Assembly (NCBI RefSeq): GCF_964204865.1
Contig: NC_135254.1
Location: 19,778,001 to 19,842,000 of the forward strand
DNA length: 64,000 nucleotides
Reading direction: 5' to 3'
From: Styela clava
Taxonomy: Eukaryota
A program made the translations under genes and the position numbers. The stretch's first letter is position 1; every line of letters starts with the position of its first letter. Positions 23,401 to 33,300 of the stretch are shown here, in pieces. Below the pieces are notes generated by a model. That model was not told the origin of the DNA, searched no databases, and was given only the letters and a program-made list of their open reading frames with translations.

Positions 23401-26400
23401 TTTACTTAAACAAACCTTGTCTTCACCGTCCAATGCAGAATTTACATTTTCGGACAGGAGACTAGGGATATATTCTTTTCCAAATGTTGAAGAAACTTTT
23501 CTGATGCCGTCACATTCAGCAATATTTACTGGAGTTTCGTATTTCTTTGATGTGGTGCCATCCTGAAAAAATAGATGCGTCACAAAATAATTACTTCGTA
23601 ATTTCATTAAATATATAAAAAATGAATTATTGCACAAGCTGGTAAACAAACCATATCTTCAATATCCAAAGCAGAATTCGCCTTTTCTGACAGAGGACTA
23701 AGGACATCATCGTCTTCAAATGTAACATCATCTTCGTCCTGTCAAATTTATATTTTGTAGTTTACACAAAACAAACACCCAGCTATACTATAATTTAAAC
23801 GACTTTTTGAGACGAAAAATTCATCCAGTCCATTTATGCTCTTGTACAGTTTATATTTAGCTGGAGATTTGTGTTTGTCAAAAAAAATGAAGTAAAAGGA
23901 ATCCAATGTGGGGTGTCTCGAAAATGTCGTGTCCCACTAGTTTCATGTATCCCAATAGTCCCACGTGCCTCACTTGGCCCACGCACCTCACTCAGTATTT
24001 AAATATTACAGTTTCATTTACTTAAATAAACAAACCTTGTCTTTACCGCCCAAAGCAGAATTTTCTGACACGAGACTTAGAATATCATCGTTTTCAAATG
24101 AAGCATCTCCGCCGTTCTGTTAAATTTTAATTTTTATTTAACTCAAAACACAGACCTAACTATTCTAAAATTTAACAGACCTTTGTAAGACAGGGAATCT
24201 TGCCTAACTACATTCTTAGCTACACTTCGAATTTGTAAATAATTAGATGAAGAATTTCACTTGTTAAAAAAAAAAGTAGAATGAGTTTAATATGCAAATA
24301 ATTATGTAGATTAATTAACTAATCACTAATATTTCATTCAACGAAATAATCCCACTCCTGTGTTTATTTATTGTAGTTATTATATTTGTCAAGATGAAAA
24401 ATTTACAAACCTTTGGGAGCAAATCAATATTGTCGAGAAAGGAAATGACAACAGCCTTGAAAAAGAGCATTTCATCTGAGGTCTGTTGCAGGAAAATTAA
24501 ACTTTTGTTAGCAAGGTGAATAAAACGATATAACAATTTTAGTTGAAGTTTCTGGATACCTTATATATAAATTTAAATGATTGCTAACTCATTAAATTTA
24601 AATTTTCAATTTATTTTCACGATCATACAAAACAGGCTTTTATTCTATTGAGTTGTTTCTTCATTTTAAATCGAATGATTTAACATCGATGCTTACCTGG
24701 TTTAATATTCTTGACCTCAAAAACAAATATTTATGAAAGACAGTGCATTCTTTTGTTTACAGGAGAATGACAATTGTACTCGTTTTGTTAGATTTAAACG
24801 GTTTGGGAATAGATAAGGTAACATAGAATATGAATAGATAATCTTGAGTATTATTCACCACTAACTGGTTTGAAATTAGGTATATAAAATTGTACTTATA
24901 AAAATGTTGTACGAACTTTTCTGATGACGTCGCATTCAGCATTTTTCACTGAAGTTTGGTATTTCTTTGATGCGGTGTCATCCTGGAAATAGATGCGTAA
25001 ATAGTACATGGTGCATTACTTGTACCACGTTTCCAAATAAATATTTATATATTGAAGGGTAATTTACTCAAACAAACCTTGTCTCCACCGCCCAATGCAG
25101 AATTTACATTTTCAGACAGGAGACTAGGAAAATATTCATTTTCAAATGTCGAAGGAACTTTTTTGATGCCGACACATTCAGCAATATTCACTGGAATTTG
25201 GTATTTCTTTAATGTGATGCCATCCTGAAAATATAAATGTGTCTTGAAATAACTACTTCGTAATTTCATTCAATATAAGAAAAGAATCCAATTTCATTCT
25301 ACTCAATATTGAGTTATTAACAAACAAACCTTGTCTTCGCCGTTCAAAGCAGAATTTGCCTTTTCCGACAGAAGACTGAGTATATCATCGTCTTCAAATG
25401 TAACATCCTCTTCGTCCTGTTAAATTCATATTTTGAAGTTCACACAAAACAAAGACCTAACTAAAATTTGCCCTACTTTTTGAGACAATTGAATAATCCT
25501 ATATTTTTAAATTCTTGCACTGTATATATTTAGCTAGAGAAGTGGGTTTGGCGGAAAAAAAAATAAGTGAAAGAAACCCAATGTAGGATGTCTTGAAAAT
25601 TTCATGTACGTCTTGTTCCACGTGTCCCAGCAGTACATGGTGCATTACTTGTACCACGTTTCCAAATCAATGTTTAAATATTACAGGTAAATTTACTTAA
25701 ACAAACCTTGTCTTCACCGTCCAATGCAGAATTTACATTTTCTGACAGGAGACTAGGGATATATTCTTTTCCAAATGTTGAAGGAACTTTTCTGATGGCG
25801 TCACATTCAGCAATATGCACTGGAGTTTGGTATTTCTTTGATGTTCTGCCATCCTTAAAATATACATGCGTCTTGAAATTACTCTTTCGTAATTTGTTCA
25901 AATATAAGAAAAGAATTCAATTTCATTTTACTTAATATTGAGTTAATAATAAACAAACCTTGTCTTCGCCGCTTGAAGCAGCATTTGCCTTTTCCGACAG
26001 AAGACGAAGAATATCATCGTCTTCAAATGTAACATCCTCTTCGTCCTGTTAAATTAATATTTTGTAGTTTACACAAAACAAAGGCCTAACAAAAATTGCC
26101 CTACTTTTTGAGACGAGTGAATAATCCTATCTTTTTTAAATTCTTGCACTGTATATATTTAGCTGAAGAAATGCCTTTGGTGAAAAAAAATAGGTGAAAG
26201 GAACCCAATGTAGGGTGTCTCGAAAATTTCGTGTACGACTCGTTCCACGTGTCCAAAAAGTCCAACGTGTCTCATTTGTCCCACGTATCCCACTTAACAT
26301 TAATATATTACAAGTTAATCTACTCAAACAAACCTTGTCTTCACCGTCCAATGCAGAATTAGCCTTCTCTGACAGAAGACTAAGGATATCATCGTCTTCA

Positions 26401-29400
26401 AATGTAACATCTTCTTCGTTCTAACAAATTCATATTTTGTAGTTTACACAAAACAAGAACATAACTATACTATATTATAACGAAATTTTCAAAGACGAAA
26501 AATTAATCCAGTCTATTTGAATTCTTGTACTGTTTATATTTAGCTGGAGAATTGCGTTTGATAAAAAAAATCAAGTGAAAGGAACCCAATGTAGGTTGTC
26601 TCGAAGGTTTTGTGTACGACTTGTTCAGTACATGGTACATCACTTATACCACGTTTCCAAATCAATATTTACATATTACAGGTTAATTTACTTAAACAAA
26701 CCTTGTCTTCACCGACCAGTGCAAAATTTACATTTTTTGATAGGAGGCTAGAGATATATTCGTTTTCAAATGTTGAACGAACTTTTCTTATGGCGTCACA
26801 TTCAGCAATATTCACTGGAGTTTGATATTTCTTTGATGTGATGCCATCCTGAAAATATAGATGCGTCTCGAAATAACTACTTCGTAATTCCTCAAATAAA
26901 GAAAATATATTAATAAACAAGCTGATAAACAAACCATGTCTTCAATATCTAAAGCAGAATTGACCTTTTCTGACAGAAGACTGAGGACATCATCGTCTTC
27001 AAATGTAACATCCTCTTCGTCCTAACAAATTCATATTTTGTAGTTTACCAAAACAAGGACCTAAATATACTATAATTCAACCATCTTTTAAAAGACTAAA
27101 AATTAATCCAGTTTCTTTGAATTCTTGTACTGTTTATATTTAACCGGAGAACTGTGTTTGGTGAAAAAAAAAATAAGTGAAAGGAACCCAATGTAGGGTG
27201 TCTCGGAAATTTCGTGTACAACGTGTCCCACGTGTCCCAGTAGTACATAGCGCATCACTTGTACCACGTATCCACATTAATATTTATATATTACAGGTTA
27301 CTTTACTTAAACAAACCTTGTCTTCACCGCCCAAAGCAGAATTCACATTTTTTGACAGGAGACTAGGGATATATTCGTTTTCAAATGTTGAACGAACTTT
27401 TCTGATGGCGTCACATTTAGCAATATTCACTGGAGTTTGGTATTTCATTGATGTGATGCCATTCTGAAAAAATATAGATGCGTCTCGAAATAACTACTTC
27501 GTAATTTCTTCAAATATAAATGAAATGAATTCAATTTCATTCTACTTAATATTGAGTTATTAGTAAACAAACCTTGTCTTCGCCGTTCAAACCAGAGTTT
27601 GCCTTTTCCGACAGAAGACTGAGGATATCATCGTTTTCAAATGTAACATCCTCTTCGTCCTGTTAAATTCATTTTTCGTAGTTTACACAAAACAAAGACC
27701 TAAGTAAAATTTGCCCTAATTTTTGAGACAATTGAATAATCCCTTATTTTTAAATTCTTGCACTGTATATATTTAGCTGGCGAAGTGGGTTTGGCAAAAA
27801 AAATATGTGAAAGGAGCCCAATGTGGGGCGTCTCGAAAATTTCCTGTACGTGTTGTTCCACGTGTCCGAATAGTCCGAAGTGTCTCATTTGTCCCATGTA
27901 TCCCACTTAACATTCATATATTACAGGTTAATTTACTCAAACAAACCTTGTCTTCACCGTCCAATGCAGAATTGATCTTTTGTGAGAGTAGACTAAGGAT
28001 ATCATCGTTTCCAAATGAAACATCTTCTTCGTCCTGTTAAATTCATATTTTGTAGTTTACATGAAACAAGGACCTAACTATGCTATAATTTAACCGACGT
28101 TAGTAAGACGAGGGATTAATCCAGTCTATTTGAATTCTTGTTATGTGTATATTTAGCTGATGAATTGCGTTTGGTAAATGAAAGGAACGGAACCCTATGT
28201 AGGTTGTCTCGAAAATTTCGTATCCCACTTGTTCCACGTTTCCTAATAGTCCAACGTGTCTCAATTATCACACGTATCCATAATAATTTTTACATATTAC
28301 AGGTTAATTTAAACAAACCTTGTCTTCACCGCACAATGCAGAATTCACATTTTCTGATAATAAACTAGAGATATATTCGCTTTCAAATGTTGAACGAACT
28401 TTTCTGATAGCGTCGCATTCAACATTTTTCACTGGAGTTAGGTATTTATTTGATGTGGTGCCATCCTGAAAATTTTGATGCGTCTCGGAATAACTATATC
28501 TTAATTTCTTCAAATATAGCAAATGAATTAATAAACATGCTGACAAACAAACCTTGTCTCCACAATCTAAAGCAGAGTTGTTCTTTTCTGACAGAAGACT
28601 AAGGACATCATCGTCATCAAATGTAACATCATCTTCGTCCTGTTAAACTCATATTTTGTAGTTTACACAAAACACAAACCTAACTATATTTTACCCGAAA
28701 AAATCAAAGACGAAAAATTAATCCAGTCTATTTGAATTCTTGTACTTTTTATATCTAGTTGGACTCAAACAAACCTCGTCTTCACCGTCCAATGCAGAAT
28801 TGACATTTTCTGACGGAAGACTAAGGACATCATCGTTTTCGAATGTTGTACGAACTTTTCTGATGACGTCGCATTCAACATTTTTCACTGGAGTTATGTA
28901 TTTGTTTGATGTGGTGCCATCCTGAAAATTTTAATGCGTCTCGGAATAACTATATCGTAATTTCTTCAAATATAGAAAATGAGTTAATAAACATGCTGAT
29001 AAACAAACCTTGTCTTCATAATCCAAAGAAGAATTGCCCTTTTCTGACAGAAGACTAGGGATATCATCGTCTTCAAATGAAACATCGTCGTCGTACTGAT
29101 AAATTTAGACTTTTTATTCCATACAAAACAAAGACCTAATTATATCATAATTTGAGATTTCGATACATGAGATTAATTTTGTCTATTAAACGTCTTGTAC
29201 ATATTTGACTTGAGAATTGCGTTTATTTCTTAAAAATAAATTAAATAAACCTAATGAACAGATAATTACATAGAACAATGAAATTGCGTCTAATCATTTA
29301 TTCAACAAAATTCTTGATTTTTGAAATAGACGTATGATTTTTATTACAGATCCTATATTATATCAAAATAATAATTTACATACCTGTGGAGGCAAATCAA

Positions 29401-32400
29401 TTTTGGCAGGAAAAGAAATGAGAACATCCTTGGGGGAGAGTATTTCATCAGAAAGCTGAGGAAGAATAAACTATTGTTAAAATCAAATAGAGCAATTGCA
29501 ATTTCCGAAACAATTTATGAGTGTTACCCCTGGTAATTCCGCAGTGTCGATGAAGTTTTGCAGTTACACAAAACAGGTCTCTAATGCAATTTATAGGTTT
29601 ACTGGTTTCCAGCAGAATGAAAATTCGACTCGTTTCGTTAAATATTACAAGAATAAATAATATTATTGGTATACTATTTGTAGGGCAACATTAGATATTG
29701 ATATATATATATATATATACAAGACTACATATTTTACACAAGTAACTTGTTGAAAATAGTCTACAAAAATGTGTTTAAGCGAAAAATGTTGTACGAACTT
29801 TTTTGATAGCGCCGCATTCATCATTTTTCACTGAAGTTTGGGATTTGTTGAATGTGGTGCCAATCTGAAAATAAATGCGTCTCAAAATTTTTCTTTAAAG
29901 TTTAGCAAATTAAAAAAAAAATAGAAAAATGCAATTTCATTCTATTCAATTAATCAGCATTCATTAACGAACATAAATATTGAAGAGATTTGATTCATGG
30001 GGATGAAAATGTGTATCTTTTATACTCCATCATCAAGCAAATGGAAAAAGAGTTACCTTCTACAAAATTGAAATTAGTGGAAATTTTAACACCAAAATCA
30101 TCAAATATTCGGAACCAACAGTTATTAAAAACAAGGCCTGCAATTGCCTCAATTGTGGGTACAATTTGCGCGTTTTGCTCGGTAAAATAGAGCCGCAGAC
30201 TGAAAATATGATAGAAGGTAAATTTCAGCATGATAATTGATGGATCGATAATTGGACACGTTAGTTGGACCTATGGATCGTTTCAATATGATGTTGTTGT
30301 TGTTCTTGTTCTTTGACACGCTATGAATAAGTGGACAAATTGCTTTGAAATTTTCAGTGGTTAAAGATTGATTTTTTTGCCAGAGCTATTACTTCAATTT
30401 TTTATTATTGAACACGAAGTGGACCTGTGGATCGTTTTACTTTTTCTTTGGACACCTAGTGGAAAACCTAAAAAGTCGATTTTATGCTAGCACTCTTCTT
30501 CTTGTTTTTAATCACGTGCTTATCGAACGTCGGCGGTGTGTAACAAAGTTCTTGCTTTCCCAACGGGGAATGGCGTACAGCGCCGTAGGTAAGAACTGCT
30601 TCTCCCTGATTAACGTGTCCCTATATTTTAGCATTGCTCTCTTGTTCCTAATATATTTCTGTTCTGAGGTTATAATTGGTTGTCTGTGACTTGTCTATTT
30701 CATATTCTAGCAAAATAGTGATCGCTAACATTGGAAATTCGATTTTTGAAATTTGGGTCGTGATATGTTTATAAAACTCAGATTTGGGCCCCGCTCAAAA
30801 AGTTCAAGAACCCCTGATCTAAAATAAAAAAGGTAAGAAAGAAAACTATAACTCACATTGTTATTTGGAACTACACTCCTGATTTTATCATCAACCATGC
30901 AGCCAGGTAAGTTCTGTGCAAAGAAATAAAAAATAGTTCAATATAAACTTGTGATTCACCAATGTTAGCAGAGCATATTCGTGATATAAAACTCACCGGA
31001 TATGAGATCGCACGAGGGAGCTCAACTATCGATTTTTGTATCTGAAAATATTTATTTCAAATTAATCAATTGAAATAAAATGTGTGAATAATAGAATAAA
31101 ATCAATCAATTACAATTTGGTCTGCCAAAGCATCGTTATCCAGTGAAGGTATCGTATCAACATTGTTGAAGGAACTTTTGACATAAGACACAGTAGTTTG
31201 CTGTTAAAAATATATATTGGTGAACATAAGTTATTTTCTAAAACAAAATGCATTCCGAGTTTATATTATAACTCTGCAAAGTAATAACCACCACATTTGT
31301 ATAAAATATACATAAGTGCATTTTCAAATATGGAAGCTGTCAATCAAATTGAGATATTTTTTTTGAAATTCGCTCACCGTTCTATATCGTTTTTCCCTTT
31401 TTGGAATGCGGCAACAGCAGCACAGCTGAAATATAAATGACTTGTTTCAATGGCAAGAAAACTTCTGCCTTGTGTTAGTAGTAATGGAACTATAAAACGG
31501 AGCGACGCAACAAAGCATATAATAGATATTATTTTGTAGCCAAGTGTTAATTAAGTATAATAATGGTATCTTACATAAAATACGATAAACTAATTTAATA
31601 TAAAAACCAATAATTTGAAATTAGTATTATATTTACCTTTTTGATATGGCCTGTGAACGATCGGAATATACTCTCATTCTATGAAATAAAATAAAAATAT
31701 TTAGTTGAGAATAAATAAAAGGACGTAGCTTGATAATAATTCTTTCTTCTACGTAGGAAGAAGTATGGAAGTAAACATTGGTTTGTCAAGATCTAGTTTG
31801 TAATCGACCTAAGTTCCCCGCTTGATTAACAATTCCAAGACGAATGAGTCATAAGTGCAACAAGGCATTCTCAAACAAGTATCGTCATATGCTATATTTC
31901 AAATTCTATTGGATTGCGCCAATCTCAATGAATACCGCTAAAAATTTACGTCAACATGCTACTTTAATCCAAATTTACATAATATGTAAACAACAAAACT
32001 CTAACGAGAATATCGGTCGGACCGAAGACTTATCGATCGAAACTGCGGTTTCGATTCATGACTCTATGGTGACACCGCGTGCCACACCACTAATTAATTA
32101 ATAACTCGCTTATTATACGACATAATTCATCCAAAATCGATAGGCTTCTGGTCCGAGATATGATGAATGCACATGCGAAATTTGGAGCAGATTCAACCAC
32201 GCTTTCATGAGATACTGCGTGCATCTAACAGACATACAGACAAATACCTATCAACATACTTACAGATCTAAAGATCGACTCGTATATTTCCTTTCCATGT
32301 GGGTACTAGTATATATAAAGCTTTCTCCGTTGCGAATAGGAAAAATACCTTATTGAAAACAATATGCCTTGCATAGGCTACTCTATTTTACGGAAGAAAT

Positions 32401-32594
32401 CTAAAAAAAAATTAAAATTTCCCCATTGTCATCTCAAATACTGTCCGACTACCAACACTACCCCTCAAAGTTTGTTAGAAGCGTGGTCTAGCACAGAGAA
32501 TGAAAAGTCCGCAATCACCCCTAACCAGATTTAAAAAAGACCCGATATTTCTTTATTACATTACCTTTGGATCACGTCCGTTATGAGAAATCAT
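8439..32594 (-). CDS. Uncharacterised giant acidic repeat protein built from ~69 phase-0 exons (~2,150 aa if all are included)
   Basis: ATG at 32594, six unique exons, 62 intact repeated exons, terminal exon 8477-8439. Exons have canonical AG/GT ends and lengths divisible by 3. No stop was found in phase 0 in the copies translated, whereas the alternative phases hit stops in the exons tested (29799-29864, 30997-31041). Confidence 0.72.
9054..29095 (-). CDS. Class A repeated exons, 87 nt / 29 aa, consensus DEEDVTFEDDDILSLLSEKVNSALDGEDK (variant NGGDASFENDDILSLLSENSNSALDVKDK), 32 copies
   Basis: Copies at 9054-9140, 9729-9815, 10304-10390, 10645-10731, 11809-11895 (donor lost), 12184-12270, 12532-12618, 13223-13309, 14537-14623, 15150-15236, 15783-15869, 16468-16554, 17782-17868, 18395-18481, 19029-19115, 19399-19485, 20013-20099, 20392-20478, 21681-21767, 22057-22143, 22671-22757, 23041-23127, 23652-23738, 24036-24116 (81 nt), 25330-25416, 25959-26045, 26334-26420, 26935-27021, 27573-27659, 27947-28033, 28553-28639, 29009-29095. 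Typical ends ttaacag / AAG|gtttgt. Confidence 0.8.
9275..29455 (-). CDS. Class C repeated exons, 72 nt / 24 aa, e.g. ISDEMLIFEAVVISILDNIDLLPK, 7 copies
   Basis: Copies at 9275-9346, 11037-11108, 13600-13671, 16845-16916, 20781-20852, 24411-24482 and 29384-29455, each with a cag acceptor and GT donor. The two terminal copies are the most diverged (LLDEILLSKDVLISLPDKIDLASV; LSDEILSPKDVLISFPAKIDLPPQ). Confidence 0.72.
10075..28921 (-). CDS. Class B repeated exons, 147 nt / 49 aa, consensus DGITSKKYQTPVNIAECDAIRKVRSTFENEYIPSLLSENVNSALGGEDK, 18 copies
   Basis: Copies at 10075-10212 (138 nt), 11560-11703 (144), 14285-14431, 14914-15060, 15531-15677, 17530-17676, 18159-18305, 18777-18923, 19785-19922 (138), 21429-21575, 22420-22566, 23416-23562, 25078-25224, 25707-25853, 26702-26848, 27317-27463, 28319-28465, 28775-28921. 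Typical ends ttttcag / AAG|gtttgt. Most appear inside the minus-strand ORFs of the track. Confidence 0.8.
14124..29864 (-). CDS. Class E repeated exons, 66 nt / 22 aa, e.g. DDTASKKYQTSVKNAECDVIRK, 5 copies
   Basis: Copies at 14124-14189, 17369-17434, 21265-21330, 24917-24982 and 29799-29864 (IGTTFNKSQTSVKNDECGAIKK). Acceptor is cag; the donor is inferred at AAA|gttcgt because it keeps phase 0 and read-through in the 29.8-kb copy meets a stop after six codons. Confidence 0.62.
30857..30913 (-). CDS. Unique coding exon 6 of the exon-array gene (NLPGCMVDDKIRSVVPNNN)
   Basis: tttctttgcacag acceptor, gtgagt donor, 57 nt, phase 0/0. Confidence 0.7.
30997..31041 (-). CDS. Unique coding exon 5 (IQKSIVELPRAISYP)
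   Basis: ttttcag acceptor, CCG|gtgagt donor, 45 nt; only phase 0 is open. Confidence 0.72.
31114..31200 (-). CDS. Unique coding exon 4 (QTTVSYVKSSFNNVDTIPSLDNDALADQI)
   Basis: tttttaacag acceptor, gtaatt donor, 87 nt, phase 0/0. Confidence 0.68.
31378..31425 (-). CDS. Unique coding exon 3 (LCCCCRIPKREKRYRT)
   Basis: atatttcag acceptor, ACG|gtgagc donor, 48 nt, phase 0/0. Confidence 0.72.
31637..31678 (-). CDS. Unique coding exon 2 (NESIFRSFTGHIKK)
   Basis: ttttattttatttcatag acceptor, AAG|gtaaat donor, 42 nt. Confidence 0.7.
31780..32285. mobile_element. Probable non-autonomous Helitron/Helentron-associated-like repeat in an intron
   Basis: Contains aaatttggagcagattc, a cagacatacagaca microsatellite-like block and related ends (cgatcgaa / agatcgac). 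A segment of similar character lies at ~30235-30600. Classification is inference. Confidence 0.3.
32565..32594 (-). CDS. Candidate first coding segment (MISHNGRDPK) within exon 32639-32565
   Basis: AAG|gtaatg donor; the ATG is in phase with downstream exons and preceded by an in-frame TGA. A further upstream donor (gtgagt at 32884-32879) suggests a 5' non-coding exon. Confidence 0.55.
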
Positions 32595-32950
32595 TCTTCA
32601 ATTGAAAGACATTACTCCGAAAGAAATTTTGACTCATTTCTAATCAACAAAATATGTCCGAGCAATCGTCTGCCAAACATATATACCACACGAGAGCTAC
32701 GTACCGACCAATTTTTATTTAGTACAGGGTATCAGCCCCCCAAAATATAATTTCGAACCATTTTATATCGTAAGCTACCCTTGTGGTTTAAAGATACGAA
32801 CTAAAAACAATTCATTTAATTTTTTGGTTCAACGTTTTGTGACGTAACAGTAGAAAAAGCGATTGTGAACTGCAAAGTACTCACAAGCTTGTGAAGAGCA
32901 AACAATCAGAGTCAAGCGAGAATGTCTCTAATGAGATAGTTGCGAGTGGG

Positions 32951-33164
32951 CAGTGGCGGGCCTAGGGGAGGGCCATAGAGGCAGCCGTACTGGGCAGCAC
33001 GTTATATGAGGGCAGCAGATCCAAGCTGTATAATTTTAGATGTGTAGGTGAAAGCTGACTTTTATTTATATATAACAACATTTATAATTTGTTTATCCCT
33101 CGAATTAAATATCAACAATATCAGAAATTCGCCCTGGGCAGTAGAAAAGTTTGGCAAGCCCCTG
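32951..33164 (+). mobile_element. hAT MITE (family X, short copy)
   Basis: Ends cagtggcgggcc and ggcaagcccctg with gggcagca subterminal repeats. TSD cgagtggg / tgagtggg (7 of 8 match). Confidence 0.85.
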
Positions 33165-33300
33165 TGAGTGGGGTTTTAGATAGCAGAAGATCCCTGGATT
33201 TCATGAAGGAAGTTAATGCTTTTATCATAAACATTTTCTGTGGTGCTAAACTAATTTAAATGTCTGAATTTATGGATTGAAATTTGTTTCTTGATTCGAT

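Larger units (their letters stand above)
9054..29864. repeat. Complex higher-order tandem array of exon+intron units, ~21 kb
   Basis: Units of ~250-650 bp are organised into larger blocks. ~12530-15780 is repeated almost identically 3245 bp downstream (exon 14285 vs 17530; 14124 vs 17369). More diverged blocks begin near 20.4 kb and 24.0 kb. Confidence 0.95.

Noticed and set aside
10069-28546. Treating the 60-127 aa minus-strand ORFs as a cluster of separate small genes
   Set aside because: Their starts and stops fall in variable intron sequence; conservation begins exactly after AG and ends exactly at GT.
12065-28925. Plus-strand ORFs in the array (e.g. VSRKFRVRLVPRV..QTLSSPSNAE)
   Set aside because: They are antisense shadows of the repeated exons plus intron. 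They are not consistently open between copies and lack matching splice-site pairs.
9054-29864. CRISPR-like or other prokaryotic repeat-spacer array
   Set aside because: Both the conserved and the intervening segments are homologous between units, the conserved parts have splice signals and 3n lengths, and there are no cas genes; the context is eukaryotic.
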